Source: an uncultured Ferruginibacter sp. (GTDB lineage: Bacteria > Bacteroidota > Bacteroidia > Chitinophagales > Chitinophagaceae). Taken from it: a stretch of DNA of 64,000 nt. Where the stretch lies: the NCBI GenBank assembly GCA_964655055.1, contig CAZZLI010000003.1, forward strand, positions 2,381-66,380. The letters are read 5' to 3'. The position numbers were made by a program, and so were the translations under genes. How positions within the stretch are numbered: position 1 is the first letter of the stretch; each line of letters begins with the position of its first letter. Below the pieces are notes generated by a model. The model was not told where the DNA came from and made no database searches. It worked only from the letters and a program-made list of their open reading frames with translations. Below are positions 47,170-56,227 of the stretch, piece after piece.

Positions 47170-47215
47170 TCAGCCCAACGCCGTTATCCGGTCCTGAAGC
47201 GTAGTTATCTTCAAC

Positions 47216-47659
47216 TTATTTCTCCTCCCCGGCAAGCGCCATGAACATCGTCGTGAAAAAGAACAGGATGATTTGTGCGGTAAGCGAAAGATAACTGTGC
47301 GCATCAAAAAACACCGCCCAGGGATGCTTCGATCCGGAAAGCACCATCAGGGCCAGAACAGCTGTAAGCAGACAGATGCCTGTTCCCAATACCATCAGCA
47401 CCCGGGCAGCCGGTTTCCCCCAGTGGCCAGAATTTATTGTTTTGCTGTAGCGAAACAACAGGAAATAGGCCAGACTGTAAATAAGATAGGGTACCAGGCT
47501 CACAATCAGCCGGTAAGCCGCATCACTGCCGGGAACTGCAGCGATCACACCCGCAAAAAGTTTGAGTAAAAAGACCAACAACACAACTGCCAGCACAACC
47601 GTAATCAATCCCCCTGCAATCAGCAGAAACAGCATCAGGTATTTGTTCGTACGGCCCAT
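47216..47659 (-). CDS. Hypothetical membrane protein (about 4 TM)
   Basis: Four hydrophobic segments; fills the gap between the flavoprotein and rpsA. Confidence 0.65.
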   Translation of the reverse strand: MGRTNKYLMLFLLIAGGLITVVLAVVLLVFLLKLFAGVIAAVPGSDAAYRLIVSLVPYLIYSLAYFLLFRYSKTINSGHWGKPAARVLMVLGTGICLLTAVLALMVLSGSKHPWAVFFDAHSYLSLTAQIILFFFTTMFMALAGEEK

Positions 47660-47703
47660 CAATGGCTGGCAAATTAATCAATCAACCGCAATTCAGCCGG
47701 ACA

Positions 47704-47734
47704 AGAAAAATCCCATGGACGGATCCATGGGATT
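47704..47734 (-). terminator. Intrinsic terminator of rpsA
   Basis: Perfect 11-bp stem AATCCCATGGA / TCCATGGGATT with a 4-nt loop, followed by TTTTTC on the minus strand. Confidence 0.8.
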
Positions 47735-47764
47735 AAAGTACATGCGTTATGAAAAGGACTCAGC

Positions 47765-49726
47765 TTATTCAGCCTTGGGCTCCTCGGGTGCTGCAGCAGG
47801 TGCCGCACCGGTATCACCCGAAGTTGAACTGTCCATCTTGGCTTTGAGGTCGGCGAGAGCGCCGATATCGCCCAGCGTGGATTTTTCGACTTTGGACTGC
47901 AGGTTCTTGACGGCCTTTTTGGTCACTTCGGCTTCGGCCTTCTTCTCTTTCATCACCGTCTGCTTCTCCTCTTCGATGGCCTGCTCCCAGAGGCGGGTAT
48001 GGCTCAATACGATGCGCTTGTCGTTGCGGTCGAATTCAATGACCATGAAACGGGAAACCTCTTCGGCAACAAGGCTCTTGCCATCTTCCTTCATCAGGTG
48101 CCGGTTGGGGGCGAAGCCTTCCAGACCATAGGGAAGCTGTACGATGGCACCCTTGTCATCTTTCTTCATGATGGTGCCTTCATGGATGCTGCCTACCGGG
48201 AAGGTCGACTCCAGGGTATTCCAGGGATCTTCCTCGATCTGCTTGTGTCCGAGCTGCAACTTGCGGTTGTCCTTGTCGATGTTCATGATGATCACATCGA
48301 TGGTGTTGCCCACTTTCGTGTATTCGTTGGGGTTATTGAAGCGCTTGAGCCAGCTGAGGTCGCTGATATGGATCATACCGCCGATACCGGTGGCCAGTTC
48401 CACAAATACGCCGTAGGGGGTGATGTTCTTCACCAGGCCGCTGTGGCGGCTTCCCTCGGGGAATTTCACTTCAATATCGCTCCAGGGATCGCCGGTAAGC
48501 TGCTTGATGGACAGGCTCATTTTGCGGCTGTCCTTGTCGAGCGTAACGATCTTGGCCTGGTATTCGTCGTTAAGCTTGAAGAATTCCTTGGCATTCACCG
48601 GCGTATTGGCCCAGGTGATTTCACTTACGTGTACCAAACCTTCAACGCCCGGCATGATTTCGAGGAAGGCGCCATAGTCTTCGATATTCACCACCTTGCC
48701 CTTCACCACTTCGCCCTCGCGAACCTGCTCGCCCAGGGTATCCCAGGGATGCGGGGTAAGCTGCTTGAGGCCGAGGCTGATGCGGCGCTTGTCGTCGTCG
48801 AAGTCGAGCACCACCACATTGATCTTCTGATCGATCTTGAGTACTTCGCTGGGATGGTTGATCCGACCCCAGGAAATATCGGTGATGTAGAGCAGACCGT
48901 CGAGTCCGCCCAGGTCGAGGAAGGCACCGAAGTCGGTGATGTTCTTGATGGTTCCTTCCAGCACCTGACCTTTCTCGAGCTTGCCCATGATTTCGGCGCG
49001 CTGCGCTTCGATATCGCTTTCGATAAGTGCCTTGTGCGACACCACCGCATTCTTGATGGCTTCATTGATCTTGACCACTTTGAATTCCATGGTCTTGCCC
49101 ACGAACTGGTCATAATCGGTAACCGGTTTCACATCAATCTGCGATCCCGGCAGGAAGGTCTCCATGCCAAACACATCCACGATAAGACCGCCTTTGGTTT
49201 TGCTGGTAACCACACCGGTAACGATATCCCCGGTCTTATGCAGTTCCATGATTTTCTCCCAGGCACGTGTGGTACGGGCCTGCTTCCGGCTGAGGTGCAG
49301 ATTACCGTCGCGGTCTTCCTTCTCCACCACCATCACTTCCACAAGATCGCCCACTTTGAGGCCTCCGGGAATGTCGCGGAATTCGTTGAGGGAGATCAGA
49401 CCGTCGCTCTTGAAACCGATGTTGACCACGGCGTCGGTCTTGGTGATGGCTTCAATCGTAGCCTGGATCATTTCACCGTCGTTGATCTGACGGAAGGTGT
49501 TGTCGTACACGGAATCGTACTTCTTCTTCTCTTCGTTGCTGTAGCTGGTCACATTCCTTTTGTCGACACTCCAGTCAAAATCGTCGTGTGCGGTTTGAAC
49601 GGGTGCCTCATCAACAGCAACGGCTGTTTCCACAGGCACATTTGTTGTCGCAGCAGCTTCAGCCTCGGGCGAGGAAGACGCTTCCTGTGCATCTGCGTTT
49701 AATTGTTTAAAAAAATGAAATGACAT
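47765..49726 (-). CDS. rpsA: 30S ribosomal protein S1
   Basis: Six S1 repeats (FLPGSQID, ITDFGAF.DLGG.DGL..ITD.SWGR, DYGAF, GL.HVSE); Bacteroidota C-terminal extension. Start moved to ATG 49726. Confidence 0.96.
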   Translation of the reverse strand: MSFHFFKQLNADAQEASSSPEAEAAATTNVPVETAVAVDEAPVQTAHDDFDWSVDKRNVTSYSNEEKKKYDSVYDNTFRQINDGEMIQATIEAITKTDAVVNIGFKSDGLISLNEFRDIPGGLKVGDLVEVMVVEKEDRDGNLHLSRKQARTTRAWEKIMELHKTGDIVTGVVTSKTKGGLIVDVFGMETFLPGSQIDVKPVTDYDQFVGKTMEFKVVKINEAIKNAVVSHKALIESDIEAQRAEIMGKLEKGQVLEGTIKNITDFGAFLDLGGLDGLLYITDISWGRINHPSEVLKIDQKINVVVLDFDDDKRRISLGLKQLTPHPWDTLGEQVREGEVVKGKVVNIEDYGAFLEIMPGVEGLVHVSEITWANTPVNAKEFFKLNDEYQAKIVTLDKDSRKMSLSIKQLTGDPWSDIEVKFPEGSRHSGLVKNITPYGVFVELATGIGGMIHISDLSWLKRFNNPNEYTKVGNTIDVIIMNIDKDNRKLQLGHKQIEEDPWNTLESTFPVGSIHEGTIMKKDDKGAIVQLPYGLEGFAPNRHLMKEDGKSLVAEEVSRFMVIEFDRNDKRIVLSHTRLWEQAIEEEKQTVMKEKKAEAEVTKKAVKNLQSKVEKSTLGDIGALADLKAKMDSSTSGDTGAAPAAAPEEPKAE

Positions 49727-49869
49727 AAAAATACCCCGGGTTTTTAAACGGGGCAGCGAAGTTAGGCTTTTCCGGGCGATTTGAGGCATCGGGGACCGAA
49801 TTGCTCAGGCGTATAATGCTCCCGGAGACAACGGGTTGATTTTCAGGGATATGAGGCAGGGTAAAGGGG

Positions 49870-50679
49870 TTATGAAAGGAGCTGGTCCATATCGCGGTCG
49901 TTGGCGATTTTTCCCCGTGCCTCCAGCATCCGCATGTCCTTGGCGTCGCGGAGAAACTCGGAGGCAAAAATGAAGTTGTTGAGCAGCTCGTTTTTCGAAA
50001 AGATAATCTGCTCCTTGTTGCCGCTCCACTCCTTCCGGCCCTGATACAGGTAGAGGATGTTTTCTCCGATCTCCATCACGCTGTTCATGTCGTGAGTATT
50101 AATCACGGTGGTCATGTTGAACTCCCTGGTGATGTCGTGGATGAGCTTATCGATCACCATGCTGGTTTGCGGATCGAGGCCCGAATTGGGTTCGTCGCAG
50201 AACAGGTATTTGGGATTGAGCACGATGGCCCGGGCAATCCCCACGCGTTTTTTCATCCCGCCGCTGAGCTCGGCAGGAAATTTCCGGTTCACATCCTTAA
50301 GGTTAACGCGTTCCAGCACCTCGTTGACCCGCTGCAGTTTTTCGGAAAAACTTTTCCTGGTGAACATATCGAGCGGGAACATGATGTTCTGCTCCACCGT
50401 CATGCTGTCGAAAAGGGCCGAACCCTGAAACAACATGCCGATCTGCTGCCGAAGTTCTTTCCTGTTCTCCTCATCCATATTCGTGAAGGGAACGCCGTCG
50501 TAAAGTATTTCGCCCCTGTCGGGTTCGAAAAGTCCCACCAGGCATTTCTGCAATACCGTCTTTCCACTGCCGCTGGTGCCGATGATCAGGTTGCATTTGC
50601 CCGTCTCCATTTCGTGGCTGACATCTTCCAGCACCACTTTGGTGTCGAACTGCTTATGGATATGGGTGAACGCTATCAT
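49870..50679 (-). CDS. mlaF: MlaF-like phospholipid ABC transporter ATP-binding protein
   Basis: G.SGSGKT, LFQGSALFDSMTV, LSGGMKKRVGIARA, DEPNSGLDP. Start moved to ATG 50679. Confidence 0.88.
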   Translation of the reverse strand: MIAFTHIHKQFDTKVVLEDVSHEMETGKCNLIIGTSGSGKTVLQKCLVGLFEPDRGEILYDGVPFTNMDEENRKELRQQIGMLFQGSALFDSMTVEQNIMFPLDMFTRKSFSEKLQRVNEVLERVNLKDVNRKFPAELSGGMKKRVGIARAIVLNPKYLFCDEPNSGLDPQTSMVIDKLIHDITREFNMTTVINTHDMNSVMEIGENILYLYQGRKEWSGNKEQIIFSKNELLNNFIFASEFLRDAKDMRMLEARGKIANDRDMDQLLS

Positions 50680-50684
50680 GGAGA

Positions 50685-51434
50685 TCAGTTGGCACGACTC
50701 AGCAATAACTGTGACAGTACATAATCGGCCAGCAGCAGCATGATGCAGCTGATGACCACGCTTTTGGTACTGCTTCTGCCGATTTCCAGCGCCCCTCCTT
50801 TGACATGATAGCCATAGTAGGCGGGAATGCTGCTGATGATAAATGCGAAGGTATAGGCCTTCACCAGGGCGAAGAAAACATTGTAAGGCAGAAAACTCAT
50901 GAGCAGACCACGGTCGAACGTATCCGCAGAGAGGATGTTGGATGCGGTGCCGGCGATACGTCCGCCGATGATACCCAGCACCATCGAAATCACCACAAGC
51001 ATGGGAATGGTAACCATCGCGGCAAGGATCTTGGGCATCACGAGGTAGCACTTGGTATTGATACCCATGATTTCGAGCGCGTCGATCTGTTCGCTGACCC
51101 GCATATTGCCGAGCTCGCTGGCGATTTTGCTGCCGATCACGCCGGCAAGTACGATACAAACCAGGGTGGGCGCGAATTCCAGAATCACGGTGTCGCGCAC
51201 AATCTGAGCGATGGTGGTGAGGGGAATGATGGGACTGACCAGCTGGTAGGCGGTTTGTACGGCACTTACCGCGCCGATGAATACCGAAATGATGGAAACG
51301 ATGCCGAGCGAACCGATGCCGATTTCGTTGCACTGGTGCATGAACTCCTTCCAGTACATTTTACCGTTCTCGGGACGGGTGAACATGCCTTTGAGCATGA
51401 GGATATAGCGCCCGAGGTGGGTGAAAAAGTTCAT
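50685..51434 (-). CDS. mlaE: MlaE family ABC transporter permease
   Basis: IG..SL, LEFAP, AG..GS.IASELG.MRVSEQIDALE.MG, GA...G..ST. Confidence 0.92.
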   Translation of the reverse strand: MNFFTHLGRYILMLKGMFTRPENGKMYWKEFMHQCNEIGIGSLGIVSIISVFIGAVSAVQTAYQLVSPIIPLTTIAQIVRDTVILEFAPTLVCIVLAGVIGSKIASELGNMRVSEQIDALEIMGINTKCYLVMPKILAAMVTIPMLVVISMVLGIIGGRIAGTASNILSADTFDRGLLMSFLPYNVFFALVKAYTFAFIISSIPAYYGYHVKGGALEIGRSSTKSVVISCIMLLLADYVLSQLLLSRAN

Positions 51435-51437
51435 GCG

Positions 51438-51445
51438 CAAATGTA
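51438..51445 (-). promoter_or_regulatory. -7 promoter element TACATTTG, 3 nt upstream of the mlaE ATG
   Basis: CAAATGTA on + strand; minus strand reads TACATTTG-CGC-ATG. Confidence 0.55.
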
Positions 51446-51492
51446 TTGAAAAAGGGGAAACGCGATCAGGGAATCAGCGCTACCGGAAAAGA

Positions 51493-52836
51493 TCAACCGT
51501 TGGGGTTGATGATGAGCCTTACCTTGTCGATGCGGTTCTTGCTGATGGATACCGGCACAAATGTATAGTTGTCGTGTACCAGTTTTTCTTCGAGGGAGGG
51601 AAAGGCTCCGGCAATCTCCAGCACCAGCCCGGCAAGCGAATCGCTGTCGCCACGGATTTCATCAAAACTGTCGGAAGGGATTTTGAGTGCACGGCACACA
51701 TCATTAATCATGATTTTGCCATCGAAGAGGTATTCATGGTCGCTGATTTTTTCAAGCGGAAAATCATCTTCGTCAAATTCGTCGCGGATTTCCCCGATGA
51801 TTTCCTCCATGATATCTTCAAGCGTTACGATGCCCGAAGTGCCCCCGAACTCATCGACCACCACGGCAAAATGGATGCGGCGGTTGCGGAATTCCTGCAG
51901 CAGGTCTTCAATGAGTTTATGTTCATGCACGAAAAAAGGGGGGCGGATCAGGGTATGCCAGTCGAAACCCGATTCCTGTGTTGTATTGAGAAAGGGCAAC
52001 AGGTCCTTGGTGTGAAGTACGCCCACCACTTCATCGAGATCTTTTTCAAACACCGGCAGCCGCGAATAATGCAGCTCCTCTACCCGGGCAATCACTTCGC
52101 CCAGGGTGCTCTGCCGGTTGATACCGCTTACATCGAGGCGGGTACGCATCACCCGCTTGACGGGCGTTTCGCTGAATTTCCTGATTCCCTTGAGCATCTG
52201 TTTTTCCTGCAGCGTGGCTTCGTGTTCGGGAAGCAGGTCGATGGCATCGTCCAGATCGTCGTTATCGAGCCCTGCGGAACTGCCGGGCGAAAATTTCCGT
52301 TCAATCCGGTCGCCCTGCCGCACCAGCCTGCGGGCAACACCGATGAAAAGGCTGTTGAAGATTTCCACCACCAGCGATGCCGTGCTGGCAAACCAGATCT
52401 TGTGTTGTGTGGCCCATACTTTCGGCAGTATCTCGGCAAAAAGAAGCAGCAGGGCCGAAACCACAATCACTTTGATGGCGAACATCATGGCGAAATTTCC
52501 GGCAAAGGAGGAAAACCAACCGTTGATAAGGGTATTGGCAATCAGGATCAGGCAGATGTTGACCAGGCTGTTGGCAATTAGCATGGTAGCCAGCAAGGTC
52601 TTGGGCTGTTCGAGCAAAACCACGATCCTGCGAAACGCAGGCTGCTGCTTGTTCTTCAACACATCAATATCCTTGTAGGTGAGGGAGAAGAAAGCGACTT
52701 CTGATCCTGAAAGCAGGAAAGAAACCGTAAGCAACACAATGGCCAGAAATACCAGAACGGCTGAATCTGCAGGAGTGATGGTCAGTAATGAACCCATGCC
52801 CGGAAAAAAAATCCCCCAACCCGTATGCGCTTCCAA
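51493..52836 (-). CDS. gldE: Gliding motility-associated protein GldE (CNNM-CBS-CorC)
   Basis: LSGSEVAFFSL, L.AT.LIAN..VN, E.LPK, YSRLPV, VVDEFGGTSG.VTLED..EEI.GEI.DEFD; synteny mutY-ssb-gldE. TTG start is approximate. Confidence 0.85.
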   Translation of the reverse strand: MEAHTGWGIFFPGMGSLLTITPADSAVLVFLAIVLLTVSFLLSGSEVAFFSLTYKDIDVLKNKQQPAFRRIVVLLEQPKTLLATMLIANSLVNICLILIANTLINGWFSSFAGNFAMMFAIKVIVVSALLLLFAEILPKVWATQHKIWFASTASLVVEIFNSLFIGVARRLVRQGDRIERKFSPGSSAGLDNDDLDDAIDLLPEHEATLQEKQMLKGIRKFSETPVKRVMRTRLDVSGINRQSTLGEVIARVEELHYSRLPVFEKDLDEVVGVLHTKDLLPFLNTTQESGFDWHTLIRPPFFVHEHKLIEDLLQEFRNRRIHFAVVVDEFGGTSGIVTLEDIMEEIIGEIRDEFDEDDFPLEKISDHEYLFDGKIMINDVCRALKIPSDSFDEIRGDSDSLAGLVLEIAGAFPSLEEKLVHDNYTFVPVSISKNRIDKVRLIINPNG

Positions 52837-52896
52837 AAGTTATGTATTTGATGAACAATGCCCTTCACAACCAAAGGGCCTTAGCCTGCGTGCCGG

Positions 52897-53304
52897 TCAA
52901 TGCTCCTGAGGGGGTGGCATCGCATCGTGCCCCTGGTCGCCGGGAACATCATAGCCTGATGTATTGCCCTCATGCTTCCTGTCGAGCATGATCAGGTTGT
53001 CGCCCACGATTTCGGTGGCGTATTTCTTATTCCCTTCCTTGTCTTCCCAGCTTCTGGTTTTCAGACGACCCTCGATGTACACAAGGCTGCCTTTGTGCAG
53101 GTATTTCTGGGCCAGTTCAGCCAGGCCGCGCCAAAGTACCACATTATGCCATTCAGTTTGCGATATCGGCTTTCCACTTCGGTCTTTGTACGACTCGGTA
53201 GTAGCCAGCGAAAACCGGGCGATGGGAATATTCCCTTCCAGAAACAGCATATCCGGGTCCTTGCCCAGATTCCCGATCAGCGTCACACGATTTACCCCTC
53301 TCAT
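52897..53304 (-). CDS. ssb: Single-stranded DNA-binding protein
   Basis: VNRV.LIGNLG.DP, F.LAT.E, TEWH.VV.W, KG..VY.EG.L.TR.W. TATCTTTG promoter at 53335-53328. Confidence 0.95.
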   Translation of the reverse strand: MRGVNRVTLIGNLGKDPDMLFLEGNIPIARFSLATTESYKDRSGKPISQTEWHNVVLWRGLAELAQKYLHKGSLVYIEGRLKTRSWEDKEGNKKYATEIVGDNLIMLDRKHEGNTSGYDVPGDQGHDAMPPPQEH

Positions 53305-53367
53305 GATTTCTTGATTTCAACTTTTAACAAAGATATCCTCAAACGGCAGGAGGAACGAAGCCTTCGG

Positions 53368-54444
53368 TTAAAGATACATTTTTTTGTCGTTCAGGAATTT
53401 TGAGATGATGACAGGCAGGGGCAGGGTATGCAGCAATTTCAACGGAATGGGTTCTCCGGAAAAACTTTTCGGGGCCCTGACCAACCTAACCGGTAAAAAC
53501 CGGGCATGAATTTCCTGATGGGAAAGTTTTTGCCTGTAGCGCTCCGACAGCGTCCCCAAACTGAACCCATCATGTCCGACAGTCCGTTGAACCTCCCGAT
53601 CCAGTTGCTTGAGAGACCAATCCTTAGAGGTCCTGGTTTCCATCAGGGTGAACTCGTAGAGGTTCTCCCAGATATCGCCGGCAGTACGTCGGTGCATGAA
53701 CAACCTGCCCTTGTAAGAGAGGATGAGATATAAGAAGTGGCGCTCTCTCAGCTTCAGTTTTTTTCCTTTTACCGGCAACGCATCTACCATACCTTCCCTG
53801 AAAGCGAAACAACTTTTCCGCAACACGCAGGTTGAGCATAGCGGCTGCCGGGGTTTGCATACCGTGGCGCCAAAATCCATGATTGCCTGGTTGTAAAGCC
53901 CCGGATTTTTTGAATCCAGCAGTTCCGCCGCATAGGTTGCAAAAAGTTTTTTGCCCGCCGTACTGTCTGAAGGCTGACTGATGCCGAAGTACCTTGCAAT
54001 CACCCGGTAAACATTACCGTCCACCACGGCATGCGGCAGGTTGTATGCGAATGAAGCAATCGCAGCAGCAGTATAGGTTCCCACGCCTTTTAGGGACAGG
54101 ATTTCAGGATAGGTATCGGGAAATTTTCCCTTCAGGGGTCCGGCGATATGCCTGGCCGTTGCCAGCAGGTTTTTGCAGCGACTATAATAACCTAGTCCCT
54201 CCCAGAGCTTGTACACAGTCCGGTCATCGGCAGCGGCAAGCCTGCGGACATCGGGGAAGCGGCTGACAAAGCGGTTGAAATAGGCCGTACCCTGTTCCAC
54301 CCTTGTTTGCTGCAGGATGATTTCACTAAGCCAGATCTTGTAGGGGTCTTTTTCCCCCTTCCAGGGCATAATCCGTTGATTTTCAATGCTATTCCAGTGC
54401 ATTAGCCCTTTCCGGAATTTTTTGGCAACATCTTTGTCCTGCAT
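53368..54444 (-). CDS. mutY: A/G-specific adenine glycosylase MutY
   Basis: Y.IWLSEIILQQT, WEGLGYYSR, L.GVG.YTA, VDGNV.RV, CKPRQPLCSTC (Fe-S). Start moved to ATG 54444. Confidence 0.95.
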   Translation of the reverse strand: MQDKDVAKKFRKGLMHWNSIENQRIMPWKGEKDPYKIWLSEIILQQTRVEQGTAYFNRFVSRFPDVRRLAAADDRTVYKLWEGLGYYSRCKNLLATARHIAGPLKGKFPDTYPEILSLKGVGTYTAAAIASFAYNLPHAVVDGNVYRVIARYFGISQPSDSTAGKKLFATYAAELLDSKNPGLYNQAIMDFGATVCKPRQPLCSTCVLRKSCFAFREGMVDALPVKGKKLKLRERHFLYLILSYKGRLFMHRRTAGDIWENLYEFTLMETRTSKDWSLKQLDREVQRTVGHDGFSLGTLSERYRQKLSHQEIHARFLPVRLVRAPKSFSGEPIPLKLLHTLPLPVIISKFLNDKKMYL

Positions 54445-54645
54445 AGGAAACAAATTTCGGAGGTATTGCCCGTTCCTGAACAAGATCCGCAGGCCATTAT
54501 TTTTAAGCCCTTACATAATTTAGTTCCGTTTTATGCGTTTTAAGATTGAGCGAAAAAAAATGCCCTGATAATCAACAACCAACAGTATTTTTAATCGCCC
54601 ATTTAATTAATTTACCACTTGAAAATCAATTAAATAAGTCAACCC

Positions 54646-54966
54646 ATGAGAAAAGCAGACCTAATCAGTGAAATTGCCGATAAAACCGGTATTCCCAAGG
54701 TGGATGTCATGGTTACCCTTGAAACCATGTTCAAGGAAATCAAACGTTCGCTGATCGAAGGCGAAAACATCTATATCAGGGGATTCGGCAGCTTCATCAC
54801 CAAGAAGCGCGCTGCCAAAATTGGCCGCAACATTAAAAAGAATGTAGCCGTGGAAATTCCCGAGCACTACATCCCTGCCTTCAAACCCGCCAAGGAATTT
54901 GTGCAGGAAGTGAAAAACAAAAAAATAGACGAGTCGGCCACCCCCAGCCTGCATGCTGAAGATTAA
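54646..54966 (+). CDS. HU/IHF family DNA-binding protein
   Basis: MRKADLI..IA, YIRGFGSF..K.R..K.GRNI, P...P.FKP.K. Confidence 0.93.
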   Translation: MRKADLISEIADKTGIPKVDVMVTLETMFKEIKRSLIEGENIYIRGFGSFITKKRAAKIGRNIKKNVAVEIPEHYIPAFKPAKEFVQEVKNKKIDESATPSLHAED

Positions 54967-54993
54967 CCGACTGTAAATCAGTTTATTACGCAG

Positions 54994-55024
54994 AACTGCC
55001 GGCAACCACCGGCAGTTTTTTTTA
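54994..55024 (+). terminator. Intrinsic terminator after HU gene
   Basis: AACTGCCGG / CCGGCAGTT stem, 6-nt loop, T-run. Confidence 0.8.
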
Positions 55025-55102
55025 TTGCCGAAAAACGGCCAATATGCAACAGGCGTTCTTCGACCCAACTTGCTTATGTCGTATTTTTAGCAAAAATTTC
55101 CG

Positions 55103-55951
55103 GTGAAGAAAAATCAACTTCTGCTCCTCCTGTCCGGCGCCTCCTTACTGACCTTGCTTTTGGTTTTTGGCAAGACCACCGGAAAAAAAGAACCTGTTCC
55201 GGCTACTGCAAAACCCGAAACCCCGGCATATAATATTGAGCAGCAATCACTTGCAGCAAAAAAAGCCCTTTCTACCCCGAGGGCCAGGCTACTCGACTCA
55301 CTGGAAAAAGCGCTGGCAAACGCATCCGGTTCCGAACAACAGCAACAGGCATGCGGCTCGCTGGCCGGTTTCTGGAGAGACAGCGTTGACAACCACGAGC
55401 TATTCGTTTTTTATACGCACAAGGGGGCAATGTTGGTAAAGTCTGAAAAAAGCCTCACCTTTGCCGCCCGGCAAATTTTCAGGGATATGCGGTCTGAAGA
55501 AGACCCCCCGAAACGGATCTGGAAATCGGAAAAAGCCCGCGAGCTGTTTGATCAGGCCCGGGCCCTCAATCCTGAAAACGATTCGCTGAAGGCCGAACTT
55601 GCAGCCTGCCATATTTTCGGTGCAGGTATGGCGGGGGAGGCTTCCGAAACGATGAAAGGGGTTCAAATGCTGTTGGAAATCGTGCGTAAGGATTCCCTCA
55701 ACATGCAGGCCCAGCAGCTACTTGGTATTGGCGGGGTGCTATCTACCCAATACGATAAAGCCATAAGCAGGCTGGAACTTGTGGTAAACCGGATGCCCGA
55801 AAATCTGGAAGCGGTGTCCTGGCTGGCCGATGCTTATGCCGGTAAGGGTGACAAGGCCAATGCGGTGAAGTGGTACAATTACAGCAAGAAACTGGTCAAC
55901 AATCCCGAATTCAGCAGGGAAGTCGACCGAAGAATCGGGATGCTGAAATAA
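55103..55951 (+). CDS. Tetratricopeptide repeat membrane-anchored protein
   Basis: GTG start, N-terminal TM, TPR-like helices (LGIG...S.QYDKAI.RLE.VV..P.NLEA...LA.AY). Confidence 0.78.
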   Translation: MKKNQLLLLLSGASLLTLLLVFGKTTGKKEPVPATAKPETPAYNIEQQSLAAKKALSTPRARLLDSLEKALANASGSEQQQQACGSLAGFWRDSVDNHELFVFYTHKGAMLVKSEKSLTFAARQIFRDMRSEEDPPKRIWKSEKARELFDQARALNPENDSLKAELAACHIFGAGMAGEASETMKGVQMLLEIVRKDSLNMQAQQLLGIGGVLSTQYDKAISRLELVVNRMPENLEAVSWLADAYAGKGDKANAVKWYNYSKKLVNNPEFSREVDRRIGMLK

Positions 55952-56001
55952 CCTGAAGAATACTGTTCGAAATAATTTTTATAAAATAAAGAATTTCAAT
56001 C

Positions 56002-56091
56002 ATGCCTTGCGGTAAAAAAAGAAAGCGTCACAAAATCGCAACACACAAACGCAAAAAGCGTTTAAGAAAGAACCGCCACAAGAAGAAATAA
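56002..56091 (+). CDS. Small basic ribosomal protein bS22-like (AURKAIP1/COX24/mS38 family), 29 aa
   Basis: MPCGKKRKRHKIATHKRKKRLRKNRHKKK; A-rich 5' region; below the ORF-track size cutoff. Confidence 0.85.
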   Translation: MPCGKKRKRHKIATHKRKKRLRKNRHKKK

Positions 56092-56227
56092 TTCGTCCCG
56101 GTCATTTAAGGCTTGGTCTCCCCTTCTGCTGTTTCATCAAGGGTAAAGCGTCATATACGGGCGTAACCTATTGCAGCATCGCATCCCGGACAACCGCAGC
56201 CGTAGATTTCAGTAAACCGCGTATCGC

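Noticed and set aside
49870-51333. 487-aa ORF suggesting an extended or fused MlaF
   Set aside because: The N-terminal half is an alternate-frame read through mlaE; the real ATPase starts at 50679.
56092-56227. Structured autoregulatory leader of RNase E/G
   Set aside because: No convincing hairpin set could be established by eye.
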